Assembly (NCBI GenBank): GCA_963735805.1
Contig: CAVTMK010000002.1
Location: 800,001-864,000 of the forward strand
Length of the DNA stretch: 64,000 nucleotides
Direction: 5' to 3'
Origin: an uncultured Verrucomicrobiae bacterium
GTDB taxonomy: Bacteria; Verrucomicrobiota; Verrucomicrobiia; Chthoniobacterales; UBA10450
Below are positions 10,151-19,513 of this stretch, piece after piece. Below the pieces are notes generated by a model that saw nothing but the letters and a program-made list of their open reading frames with translations, was not told the DNA's origin and made no database searches. The position numbers were made by a program, and so were the translations under genes. The stretch's first letter is position 1, and every line of letters starts with the position of its first letter.

Positions 10151-10684
10151 ATGGGATCCGCTGATTTGTCGCTGGTCAAAGACTGGATCAGTTTGGAAAT
10201 CACGCCGCAGCTTTATGACCAAATTCGTGCCTTATGGGCGTATCACTGCGACCGGGAAAATAATGGCGACATTCAGGGTCTGCTAACGACCCTCACCGAC
10301 GATTGCGAATACCACTTGGTCAATGTGGGCGCGAAATGGCACGGCCACGAAGGGGCGCGCTCTTTTTACGCCGATCTCCTCAATGCATTCGCCGATGTTC
10401 TATGGGTTCCAGAAGCGCTCGTAATTGGACCGCAGGGCGTATTTGACGTCGTCGTAATGAACGGCAAGCAGCTCAAAGACTGGTGCGGGATCACGGCAAG
10501 TGGCGACCGCGTTTATGTTCGTTTTCTGATCTGGTTCCCGTGGGACACGCGACAAAGCAAATTTTCCGGAGAGCGGATGTATCTTCAAACAGTCACACCG
10601 GAGACTGCTTTGCTGCCCGAAGAAACGGCGAAGGGAGAAGATGCGCACGCAATTTTGGAGCAGTGGGCCGCTAAGCGAAAATAG
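10151..10684 (+). CDS. SnoaL-like / NTF2-fold (ester cyclase-like) protein
   Basis: ENNGDIQGLLTTLTDDCEY...WHGHEGARSFY...FSGERMY pattern typical of SnoaL-like domains. Confidence 0.7.
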   Translation: MGSADLSLVKDWISLEITPQLYDQIRALWAYHCDRENNGDIQGLLTTLTDDCEYHLVNVGAKWHGHEGARSFYADLLNAFADVLWVPEALVIGPQGVFDVVVMNGKQLKDWCGITASGDRVYVRFLIWFPWDTRQSKFSGERMYLQTVTPETALLPEETAKGEDAHAILEQWAAKRK

Positions 10685-10826
10685 GAGTAAATTTAACGGT
10701 TGCCTACGAGGCTTCGACGGTTTTGTCTATAGATTAGTGGCGGAGAGATTGCATTTCGAGAATCTTGCTCAAGTGTTGGTCTAAGAAAATTGAACTAGGT
10801 TCACAACTTCGCTTTCTAACCAAACT

Positions 10827-11441
10827 ATGAACAAGAAGATTACTTTAAGCATTATCGCATCACTTATCGCCACTGCAGTCTTTGCCTTGGATCCGCCTCC
10901 AGTTGGCAGTGCTGCGCCGGATTTTTCGCTCGGCGACGCAAAAGGCCAGGCGCATTCGCTTTCCCAATACAAGGGAAAGTACGTCGTGCTCGAATGGTTT
11001 AATCCGGAATGCCCGTTTGTGAAGAAGCATTACGGCACCGATAACATGCAAAAATTGCAAAAGGAATACACGGATAAGGGTGTCGTTTGGCTGACTATCG
11101 ACTCTAATGCCCCTGGCACCGAAGGGAATTTAACGGCGAACGAGGCCCAGAAGATCACAACCTCCTGGAAAACGCAGCAGACTGCGTTGCTTCTTGATCC
11201 GGACGGCAAAGTGGGTCGCGCGTATGGCGCCAAGAACACGCCGAACATGGTGATTATTAATCCGGAGGGGAAAATTGCTTACGAGGGCGCAATTGATAGC
11301 AAAGCGACACCGAATCCGGCCGATATCCCGAGCTCCACAAACTATGTCAAGGCGGCCCTGGATCAATCATTGGCGGGCAAATCAGTCTCCATGCCGCAAA
11401 CCAAACCATACGGTTGCTCGGTCAAATACAAATCGTCCTAA
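10827..11441 (+). CDS. Exported redoxin / AhpC-TSA thioredoxin-fold protein
   Basis: Signal peptide, APDFSL, EWFNPECPFVKKH, YGAKNTP, C-terminal YGCSVKY. Confidence 0.85.
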   Translation: MNKKITLSIIASLIATAVFALDPPPVGSAAPDFSLGDAKGQAHSLSQYKGKYVVLEWFNPECPFVKKHYGTDNMQKLQKEYTDKGVVWLTIDSNAPGTEGNLTANEAQKITTSWKTQQTALLLDPDGKVGRAYGAKNTPNMVIINPEGKIAYEGAIDSKATPNPADIPSSTNYVKAALDQSLAGKSVSMPQTKPYGCSVKYKSS

Positions 11442-11475
11442 AGCTCTAAAACAGGTAACGGTTGAACTTTCGAAG

Positions 11476-11510
11476 CGGCGGTCGAAGACGACCGCCGTTT
11501 TTGTTTATTT
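11476..11510 (+). terminator. Rho-independent terminator after the redoxin gene
   Basis: CGGCGGTCG-AAGA-CGACCGCCG 9-bp stem followed by TTTTTGTTTATTT. Confidence 0.8.
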
Positions 11511-11634
11511 CCCGTTGTCGCGCTGCAAGGTTCGAGCAGTTACTTCCAAGATGAGACAGAGAGCTTTCCCTGGCGCATGACTTTTTTAGCCGGATATAAG
11601 CGAACTGGTGCGTTTCAGCCGCTCCCAGCGTTTG

Positions 11635-13134
11635 ATGAACAACCAAACAAAACCATTCACCAATAGAACCGAAAGCGTCTTCATCGCGTTCCTCTGTGTC
11701 GCGGCAGCTGTTCGAGTTTTTATTTTCTCGGCCGCGTTCCCATTCTTTAGCAATATCGATGAGGACCTGCACTTTGACCTCATCACGCAATATTCTCATG
11801 GTGATCTTCCGCGTGCGTTCGATCCGCTAAAAAAAGAGACTCTTAATTGGATCGTTCCGTACGCGTCTCCAGAGTTCTTGTTTACTGCCGATCAATTTCC
11901 GGGCGCGAAATTTCCTGCGCCTTTGTGGAAGCAATCGGGTCCCACGGTTGAACCAGAAATTGCGGCTACAAGAGCTGCGTGGAGCAGCGAAATCAATTTC
12001 GAATCCTCTCAGCCGCCGATCTATTATGCCCTCGCTAGTGTTTGGTGGTGGATCGGAAAGCACCTCGGATTGACGGGCCTTCAATCACTCTATTGGATTC
12101 GCTTCCTCAATGGCTTTCTGATTGGACTTGTTGTATTGCTCGGTTATCTGATCGCTCGCATCGTAGCGCCTGAGCGCGTGGAAATGCGTCTCGGCGTGAC
12201 AATGCTGCTCGCGATTATTCCTCAGAACGTTTTTTACGCGCTAAATAACGACGTTCTGTCTCCTGTGTGCTTTGGCGGGTTGTTTCTTTGTGTGTTGCAA
12301 TGGTTGCGCACAGACAGACCGACTCTCTTGCTTGGCACGGTCACAGGCCTGGCAATTGCGGCCACATACCTGACCAAACTATCCAACTTGCCACTGATCG
12401 CTGTGGCTCTGGTTGCAATTATTGCGAAACTGCGACCGGCGAACCGGGAAAAATCAAAAACCGCCTTGGCGGCATTTGGAGTGCTTATTCTCTGCGCTTC
12501 GATTCCGATTGGTAGTTGGATGGTCTGGACAAAATATCAATTCGGCGATCTTACCGGATCAGCAGCAAAAATCACCTTGCTTGGCTGGACAAAGAAACCT
12601 TTTTCAGACTGGTGGCAGCATCCAATCTTTACACTGCAAGGCATTTGGGTTTTTTGGTCTGACCTCATCAGCAGTTTCTGGCGCGGCGAAGCAAAATGGC
12701 ACGGTCAGCCGTTAAGTTGTCCAGTTGCCGATGGATTCTATACAATTTCCTCGCTAGTGCTGCTCGTTGCTGCACTTCTTGGATTGCGAAGGGAAGCAGG
12801 GTTGTCGATGTTTCAGCGGCAAGCGATGGGCGTAGCTGTTTTGGGTTTCATCGCTTCGGTTGGATTCTTAGCATTACTTTCGATTCAATTCGATTTCGGC
12901 GGTTGTATCAATCCCTCGGGCGCGCACCCATATTTCACGTCGGGCCGATTGTTGAGCGGCGCGCTGATTCCATTCGCGTTATTTTATGTCTACGGCATCA
13001 GCTGGATCCTCCGCCGAATCAACTCTACTCTGCCTCTTCTGGTGCTGGGCATCCTCCTGATGTTTGTGACAGCGTCAGAAATCAAAATCAACCGTGCAGT
13101 GTTCGCGAGCCAGCATAACTGGTTTCACCTCTAG
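11635..13134 (+). CDS. Polytopic membrane protein, GT-C glycosyltransferase-like (DUF2142/PMT-like)
   Basis: About 11 TM segments, acidic DEDLH motif after TM1, QPPIYY loop, NNDVL and LTKLS motifs. Confidence 0.6.
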   Translation: MNNQTKPFTNRTESVFIAFLCVAAAVRVFIFSAAFPFFSNIDEDLHFDLITQYSHGDLPRAFDPLKKETLNWIVPYASPEFLFTADQFPGAKFPAPLWKQSGPTVEPEIAATRAAWSSEINFESSQPPIYYALASVWWWIGKHLGLTGLQSLYWIRFLNGFLIGLVVLLGYLIARIVAPERVEMRLGVTMLLAIIPQNVFYALNNDVLSPVCFGGLFLCVLQWLRTDRPTLLLGTVTGLAIAATYLTKLSNLPLIAVALVAIIAKLRPANREKSKTALAAFGVLILCASIPIGSWMVWTKYQFGDLTGSAAKITLLGWTKKPFSDWWQHPIFTLQGIWVFWSDLISSFWRGEAKWHGQPLSCPVADGFYTISSLVLLVAALLGLRREAGLSMFQRQAMGVAVLGFIASVGFLALLSIQFDFGGCINPSGAHPYFTSGRLLSGALIPFALFYVYGISWILRRINSTLPLLVLGILLMFVTASEIKINRAVFASQHNWFHL

Positions 13135-13179
13135 GATTATCTCGACACCTTTGCTGCGAACCACGACTCGGAATTCACC

Positions 13180-13983
13180 CTAGGCGGTTCTGCGCCTTGG
13201 CGAAAATCGCGATATAAATCGAAGGATCGGCATTGGCGTTATTCGGACGAGAAACATCCCGAGTTTCATCGGAAAGCCTGGAATAACGAGCGGGCGATCC
13301 GCCTCCAATGCTGTAAGCGCATCATGCACGACTTCTTCCACCGAAACGAAAACGAACTCCGGTCCCGTGTCCGGCTGAGCACCCTGGCGTTTGGCAACTT
13401 CCTGAAACTCCGTGTGCACAGGTCCCGGACAAAGAGCGCAGACACTTACGCCTGTTCCCCGGAGTTCGGCTCGAAGCGCTTCGGAAAAGCTTGTGACGTA
13501 AGCCTTGGTCGCTGCGTAAACCGCAAAATCAGGAATCGGAAGAAATCCAGCCGACGAGCTAACATTCAAAATACCGCCACGTCGTTGGGTGATCATTCGC
13601 GGGAGCAAGTGGCGAGTCAGTCTGGTGAGAGCGACAACGTTCACGAGGGTCATTTGCTCGTTGCGGATCGGATCGCTGGTTGCGAATGCACCGCTGTCGC
13701 CCAGTCCGGCGTTATTGATCAAGAGATCCACATCAATGCTTGCGCGATCAAGCCATGCCAGCAGTTCATTCAGTTGAACAGGATCCGCGAGATCGGTTTT
13801 ACGAAGGAAAACCGCGATGTTCGGATACTGTTGTTCTAGTTTACCGCAAAGGTCGTTCAGTCTCTGCTCGCGTCGTGCGATTAGAATGAGCGATTTGGCG
13901 CGACTGGCGAGTTGGCAGGCAAATTCGCGGCCGATCCCAGCCGAAGCCCCGGTGATCAGCGCGTTACACCCGTCGAGTTTCAT
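13180..13983 (-). CDS. Short-chain dehydrogenase/reductase (SDR)
   Basis: TGASAGIG, NNAG and YAATK catalytic motif. ATG at 13983 lies just past the upstream stop. Confidence 0.9.
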   Translation of the reverse strand: MKLDGCNALITGASAGIGREFACQLASRAKSLILIARREQRLNDLCGKLEQQYPNIAVFLRKTDLADPVQLNELLAWLDRASIDVDLLINNAGLGDSGAFATSDPIRNEQMTLVNVVALTRLTRHLLPRMITQRRGGILNVSSSAGFLPIPDFAVYAATKAYVTSFSEALRAELRGTGVSVCALCPGPVHTEFQEVAKRQGAQPDTGPEFVFVSVEEVVHDALTALEADRPLVIPGFPMKLGMFLVRITPMPILRFISRFSPRRRTA

Positions 13984-13984
13984 T

Positions 13985-14767
13985 TCACGTTGTGGCCGAG
14001 GGCGCGGCTCTCGGCTTGTGAACGTGGCCGGCGTCTTGCCTGGCACGGTCAAGGTGCGCGCCGACAGGGCCGTTGCTATTTTTCGACTGCAGCTCCTTGA
14101 GCTCCCGTTGCGTTAGTGGCCGCCAATGCCCGCAAGGCAAATCGTCAAGCCGAAGATTTCCGATTCGAATGCGAAGAAGATGTTTGACGCGGTATCCGAC
14201 GGCCTCGAACATGCGCCGAATCTGGCGATTCATTCCCTGTCGCAAGATAGCCCGCAGACGCGTAGGGGACAGGGAACGAAGCCGCACAATTTTCGCCCGG
14301 TGGCCGTCAAGGAGAATTCCGCGCAGCAGCTTCGGAGTTAGCGACGGATCCCAAGATCGATCCAACGTGATCTCATATTCCTTGTCGGTCTTGAAACGAG
14401 GATGGGTCAGACCCTGCGCCAATTCGCCGTCATTCGTCAGAAGCAGTAAGCCTTGAGTCTGTGTATCGAGACGTCCAATAGTGAAAAGGTGGGAAAATTT
14501 TTCTGGTATGAGGTCAAAAACCGTGTTGCGGGCGTGCAGATCCTTTCTAGTCGAAACGAATCCGGCGGGTTTATGTAACATGATCGTAAGCGCGGGACAG
14601 GCGTGAACAAGTCTGTGATCGACTTTGACATGATCGTGCGGTTCCGGCTGCGCGCTGAAATTAGTGCAAACCTTACCGTTAACTGTGACGCGCCCTGCAG
14701 CGATCAACTCGTCACAACGGCGACGCGACCCGAGACCGGCGGCGGCGAGGAAGCGGTTTAGGCGCAT
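13985..14767 (-). CDS. rRNA pseudouridine synthase, RsuA/RluB family with S4 domain
   Basis: MRLNRFLAAAGLGSRR S4 domain, HKPAG, catalytic GRLD, QGMNRQIRRM. Confidence 0.9.
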   Translation of the reverse strand: MRLNRFLAAAGLGSRRRCDELIAAGRVTVNGKVCTNFSAQPEPHDHVKVDHRLVHACPALTIMLHKPAGFVSTRKDLHARNTVFDLIPEKFSHLFTIGRLDTQTQGLLLLTNDGELAQGLTHPRFKTDKEYEITLDRSWDPSLTPKLLRGILLDGHRAKIVRLRSLSPTRLRAILRQGMNRQIRRMFEAVGYRVKHLLRIRIGNLRLDDLPCGHWRPLTQRELKELQSKNSNGPVGAHLDRARQDAGHVHKPRAAPSATT

Positions 14768-14863
14768 GGCGTACACTAAAACGTTACATCGTTAAAAGCA
14801 GGCTGCGCTCGCCTTATTTTAACTTTGTAGCTGTTTCAGCGGGTCACTTCCGCGCGAAGCGCA

Positions 14864-15019
14864 TCACACATCCGGCTTCGTCTTGGGAAGGCCGACGACT
14901 TTCTGACCTTCCTTCCATTGGCCACGCTTTTTCAAAAGCTCGACCCGTTCGAAGCGCTTTAGCACATTGCGCCTGGCGGCGATCGTGCTGGCTCCTTTTA
15001 AGCTGCGATGTTGCGACAT
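14864..15019 (-). CDS. PVC-superphylum small basic protein (51 aa; absent from ORF track)
   Basis: Hand translation MSQHRSLKGASTIAARRNVLKRFERVELLKKRGQWKEGQKVVGLPKTKPDV fits the RNVLKRxER...W...GLPK signature. Confidence 0.85.
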   Translation of the reverse strand: MSQHRSLKGASTIAARRNVLKRFERVELLKKRGQWKEGQKVVGLPKTKPDV

Positions 15020-15100
15020 AAATGAGTTACCCCCGCGAAATGAGCGGGCACACTAAGCTGTCACGCGGATTTTTCAAATGGAGATCATCGATACAGCGCT

Positions 15101-16894
15101 TCACAATTCATTACTGAGAACCACGTAGGTCCCGCAGGTTGTAATTTGATGATAAACGTGAAAGTGGGCGGTTAAGAGCTGTTTCCAATAATCCCCGCGG
15201 CTTTGCTCGATAATTAGATATATCGCGTCGGATTGCCCCCACTTTTCCAGGACTGCGTCTTCCTTCAAAAAGATGTCTATAGAGGGCTTTCCCATCGGGG
15301 TTTCTTTCTCAGGATTCTGATTAACCAGAAAAAACTTCCGGTTTAGATAAAAGATCAGGCTGCTGCTGTCGGGGAGCGGCCCTTCAAAGATGGTATCGCC
15401 GCCAGCGTCCAGCCGCGGATTGAGAAATCGCGCCACATCGGCGAGGGAAAAATAGGGTGCGATTTGCGCGACTGCTTCCATCATGCTGAGTCCGCCTGGG
15501 ATCATTGCGGCAGAGACAGCGATAGCTGCAAGCTTCTCGCGTCGCTTACGAATTAGGTACACGGCAACGAGCGAAAGAGAAATGAGCGAGACGCCACAGA
15601 TCGCAATCAACGGTCGAAATGCCGGCCAGGTTGAAACCGGGATGTCGTGTAACGCCCTCCAGGCGGTCCAGCGCGCGTCCATCATACCCCAGTTTCCATT
15701 CAGTGCGCGTGCCGCGTCGGCAAGAAAGAATAACGGTATGGTAGTCATTATGCCGACGAGGCCTACCGCGATTACTCCGGCGGTGCGTAATCGCTGCGGT
15801 ATTCGGTCCCATGCAACAGCCGCCCAGAGCGCGAAGGCGCTCCACATACTCATTGAATAGTAGTCTTGTCGTTGCCCCAGGAAGAGCAATGGCACAAACA
15901 CGACGCCCATCCAGCAGAGCGGCAACGCCTCGGCGAAATTGAGTTCTTGCAGTCGAACTACACGTTGCCAGGCAAAAATGACGCCGGGTAAGAGCGCAAT
16001 CGACCATGGAAACCACCAGGCCAGATGCAACACCAGAAACTGGTACGCCGGCATGCCAAGGAAATCATGGGTTTCATCGGTGAGTCCGCGAAGATGACCG
16101 AGCCATTCCGAAGTGATGAGATAACGAAAATATCCGGGGAAACGCCATTGGGCCCACATGTGCCACGGCGCAACAATCAAAACGAAGATCGCGAGATATT
16201 TCCATCGTAGTAGCCCGCGGAATCGCATTCGCGCTTCGCGGTAAAATAGTGAGAGGATAAAAAAGATTGCGGCCGGATAAACGATGCCGAGCAAACCTTT
16301 GGTCAGGCAGGCGAAGCCCGAGAAAATCCAAAAACCCGCGAACCAGATCCGCCGACCCCGGCGCCGCTGATAACCGCTCAGTCCGCAAAAGATAGCGCCC
16401 GCGATCAGTGCACTAACAACCGGTTCGGGCATGACGATGCGTGCGAGGAGAAATGTGCCGCACAAACTCAGATAGATCACTCCAGCAATAAAACCACGCC
16501 AGTAATCAGTGAGCTTTTCCCCGATGAGAAAGATCAAAGCGGAGGAGGCTACGACCGCAAGCGCGACTGGGAGCCTGGCAGCCGCTGCATTTACGCCAAA
16601 AAGCTTGAACGAAATGATGATCAGCCAGTAGAGCAATGGTGGTTTTTGCAGTCGCGGCGCGCCATCATTTGTAGGTAAAAGCCACTGATGTGTCTCGACC
16701 ATTTCGCGAGCCGCGCCTGCATATTGGCCTTCTGTCTGGCTATACAGATCACCGGAGCCAATCGTCGCTACGTGTAACAGAGCGGCCAAGGCAATCAGAA
16801 TCACCAATAGGGCGTGGCGCGTTGGCGGCGGAGGCAGTGCCTGCGGCTCGAGCAGAGTTTCTTCAAGGCTCAGGCTCTGGGTGCCAGCTGTCAT
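15101..16894 (-). CDS. ArnT/PMT-family (GT-C) glycosyltransferase
   Basis: [20 protein letters not shown]...[18 protein letters not shown], many TM helices. Confidence 0.8.
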   Translation of the reverse strand: MTAGTQSLSLEETLLEPQALPPPPTRHALLVILIALAALLHVATIGSGDLYSQTEGQYAGAAREMVETHQWLLPTNDGAPRLQKPPLLYWLIIISFKLFGVNAAAARLPVALAVVASSALIFLIGEKLTDYWRGFIAGVIYLSLCGTFLLARIVMPEPVVSALIAGAIFCGLSGYQRRRGRRIWFAGFWIFSGFACLTKGLLGIVYPAAIFFILSLFYREARMRFRGLLRWKYLAIFVLIVAPWHMWAQWRFPGYFRYLITSEWLGHLRGLTDETHDFLGMPAYQFLVLHLAWWFPWSIALLPGVIFAWQRVVRLQELNFAEALPLCWMGVVFVPLLFLGQRQDYYSMSMWSAFALWAAVAWDRIPQRLRTAGVIAVGLVGIMTTIPLFFLADAARALNGNWGMMDARWTAWRALHDIPVSTWPAFRPLIAICGVSLISLSLVAVYLIRKRREKLAAIAVSAAMIPGGLSMMEAVAQIAPYFSLADVARFLNPRLDAGGDTIFEGPLPDSSSLIFYLNRKFFLVNQNPEKETPMGKPSIDIFLKEDAVLEKWGQSDAIYLIIEQSRGDYWKQLLTAHFHVYHQITTCGTYVVLSNEL

Positions 16895-17361
16895 TGAATA
16901 CGGTCCTTGCTACAACTTGGCGTTTGTAAGTCGCGCCCGGACTCGACGGAATCTTCCAGTTGGTATTCTTCCCAATGTTCGGGCAAACGAATCAGTTTTC
17001 CCTCTGGCATTTCGATCAATGCGAGCATCTGTCGGCATTGGGCGATTAGCACATTGTCCGTGGGCCGGATAATCCGGAATGCACACCAGAATCGGACGCG
17101 TTCCACCCGATCCAGCCAGCCTTCGATCACAAGCTGATCCCCAAGTTTGGCCGCCCGTCGATAATCGATCTCTGTTCGCACGACTACCGGATACCTCTGA
17201 TTCTCTGCCATTTCCGTCAGAGCGAGACCGAGTTTTTCAGCAAGATGAGTGCGCGCGACCTCGATGAAACGCAAATAGGAGATGTTTGAGACAACACCTC
17301 CGCAATCGGTGTCAAAAAACATCACCTGTAGTTGCGTGCGGATGCGCGGAGAAACGGCCAT
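16891..17361 (-). CDS. Acyl-CoA thioesterase (4HBT/YbgC-like hotdog fold)
   Basis: [21 protein letters not shown]. 4-nt overlap with the downstream gene. Confidence 0.85.
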   Translation of the reverse strand: MAVSPRIRTQLQVMFFDTDCGGVVSNISYLRFIEVARTHLAEKLGLALTEMAENQRYPVVVRTEIDYRRAAKLGDQLVIEGWLDRVERVRFWCAFRIIRPTDNVLIAQCRQMLALIEMPEGKLIRLPEHWEEYQLEDSVESGRDLQTPSCSKDRIQ

Positions 17362-17481
17362 GGCAGACTTCAGATTTCAGGGTCTGGATTCGGACGTTTT
17401 TGCTTGGTCGTAACATGCAAAAGCGATGAGTCGGCAGTTCTGTAAATCATCTGGCGAGTGTGAGATCTGAGCATTTCGATT

Positions 17482-19434
17482 TCAAATTTGAAATTCGCCT
17501 GATTGCTTCCGCAGCACCGACAACACAGCATCTGTGACCTCCTGCACGCTGATAGCCTTCATGCAACGGAAATCAATCGGGCATTCGCGGAGGAAACAAG
17601 GACTGCACTCCACGTGATGCCGCAGAACGATGTGAGTTTTACCGAGTGGGCCGGTGAGACGAGGTTCGGTTGAGCCGAAGATGGCGACCACTGGTACGCC
17701 TAACAATGCAGCGAGATGCATTGTGCCGGTATCGTTCGTAAGCAGCAAGCGGCATTCGCGCAGCTCGTCGATTAGTTGATCAAGCGTAGTCCGGCCAATC
17801 CGATTGACACATTGATCCCCGAGTTTGGCTGCAATCTGTTCGCCTACTGTGACGTCGCGTGTCGTTCCAAACAGAATCCATTGGACAGACGCTTGCTTGC
17901 TAATCCTTTCTGCCGCCTCGGCGAAGCGCTCAGGCAACCAGCGTTTCGCAGGGCCATATTCGGCACCCGGGCAAAGACCGATTTTGATCGGCTGCCCGTT
18001 GCTGGCGATTTCAAAGTCGGATGTTGAATGTTGAATGCCTGCCAAGGAACTATCGGAGTTGAATATGTCTGCGCCGCAGTCGCGCGCGATACGGAGGAAA
18101 CGGAGAGAATGATGCTCCGGCGGACCCGGTTTTCGCGGGATCGACACGATTTGGTTCAGTAGCCAGCGTCGCCAATGTCCGCGATAACCAACTCTTCGCG
18201 GAATTCCGGTCAGCCATAACTCCAAGGCAGCGCGCAGCGAACTCGGAAAAAGGATAGCCGCATCAATAGACGGTTCGCGCCGAAGTAATCGTACAACTGA
18301 AAAAAGCCGGTTCCTTTGGAGAGGAATTATCGCGTCTACTTCGGGAACCAGCCTCCATACCGCCGCAATCTCTTCCGGAGCGGCTATAATGACTCGAGCG
18401 TCGGGGCGCCCGGCCTTGATTGCGCGAACTGCGGGCGCACTCATTACGGCGTCGCCGAGCCAGTTGGTTGAACGAATCAGAATTTGGAATGGCTTTAGAT
18501 CTTGAGACGAAACTCCAGGGGCTAAATAGACGCCACGTTTATACTGCGTGAGGAGGAAGTTAGGCTGAGGTGTTTTCCATCGATTGTGCACCCAGAACCA
18601 ATCTTCCGGGGCGACCCGAATTTGCTGTTCGATAATCTGATTTATTTCTGAAGTGAGGGCCGCAATGGACGCGTCCGCCTTGGGCGGATCGAAGCGCTCG
18701 GTAAAAACCATGCGCCAGCGCGCCGGACCAGTTGTGTAAACACCTGCGGCGATCAGCGCGGCCCGAGTTCGTTTGGCAAGCAACGCCGGTAGAGGCGAAG
18801 TGGATGCCAGCCTTCCAAAGAACGGTGTCCACAATCCATGATCTCCAGCATGCTGGTCCGACAAAACACCAACGCCGCCGCCGGAACGCAGCAGATCGAT
18901 TACAGGTTGAAATCCCTGCTGGCGATCAAACAATTCCAATCCAGTTTCGCCGCGTGTCCGGCGCACATGCGCGTCAATAAAACGGTTCCCGAGCTTTTGA
19001 TAGACACTGGCGTTGCGCACATAACCAACGAACTTCGGCATTAATTGCGCGAACAACTCCCATGTTCCTAGATGACTCAAAACAAGCACTACGGGAACGC
19101 CGGCGCGAAATTCCCGGTCCATCGCCTCGATATTTTCGACCTCGACCCGCTGCAGAATTTTCTCTGGCGACATTGCGGTCAGCTTGGCGCTACAAATAAG
19201 GTTTGCACCGAGTCGCTGGAAATGATGCCTGGCAAGCCGTCGGATCTCTCGTGGGGACTTTTCATTGGCAAATGCAATGGCAATATTGCGTTCTGCGAGG
19301 TGGCGATATTTCCCGGAAACGAGCCAGGCACACAACCCAAGAAACTGTCCAATAGCAAAGAGCAGCCGCATCGGTAATGCGGCGGCAATTGCTAACCCGA
19401 CGCGATAGAAGAGGTAAACAACGAAAGCGAGCAT
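17482..19434 (-). CDS. waaF: Fusion: lipid A late acyltransferase (LpxL/HtrB family) + LPS heptosyltransferase II (GT9)
   Basis: N-half SHLGTWE (H-x4-E), LSDQHAG and PEDWFWVHNRWK. C-half NWLGDAVM, PGAEYGPAKRW and TNDTGTMHLA. ATG 19434 chosen to avoid overlap with the divergent gene. Confidence 0.85.
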   Translation of the reverse strand: MLAFVVYLFYRVGLAIAAALPMRLLFAIGQFLGLCAWLVSGKYRHLAERNIAIAFANEKSPREIRRLARHHFQRLGANLICSAKLTAMSPEKILQRVEVENIEAMDREFRAGVPVVLVLSHLGTWELFAQLMPKFVGYVRNASVYQKLGNRFIDAHVRRTRGETGLELFDRQQGFQPVIDLLRSGGGVGVLSDQHAGDHGLWTPFFGRLASTSPLPALLAKRTRAALIAAGVYTTGPARWRMVFTERFDPPKADASIAALTSEINQIIEQQIRVAPEDWFWVHNRWKTPQPNFLLTQYKRGVYLAPGVSSQDLKPFQILIRSTNWLGDAVMSAPAVRAIKAGRPDARVIIAAPEEIAAVWRLVPEVDAIIPLQRNRLFSVVRLLRREPSIDAAILFPSSLRAALELWLTGIPRRVGYRGHWRRWLLNQIVSIPRKPGPPEHHSLRFLRIARDCGADIFNSDSSLAGIQHSTSDFEIASNGQPIKIGLCPGAEYGPAKRWLPERFAEAAERISKQASVQWILFGTTRDVTVGEQIAAKLGDQCVNRIGRTTLDQLIDELRECRLLLTNDTGTMHLAALLGVPVVAIFGSTEPRLTGPLGKTHIVLRHHVECSPCFLRECPIDFRCMKAISVQEVTDAVLSVLRKQSGEFQI

Positions 19435-19513
19435 TGCAGGAGAGGCGATATCGCAGCGTGGCGCGGCAGGGTAAATTTGCCTGCGGTTTGCTTCAACCAA
19501 TATAATATGGGCC

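Noticed and set aside
14778..14836. Imperfect AT-rich inverted repeat between the pseudouridine synthase and the small basic protein
   Set aside because: Too many mismatches and no second copy noticed in the window.
18020..18037. ATGTTGA heptamer repeat inside waaF
   Set aside because: Only about 2.5 copies, in frame in an interdomain linker. Not a contingency locus.
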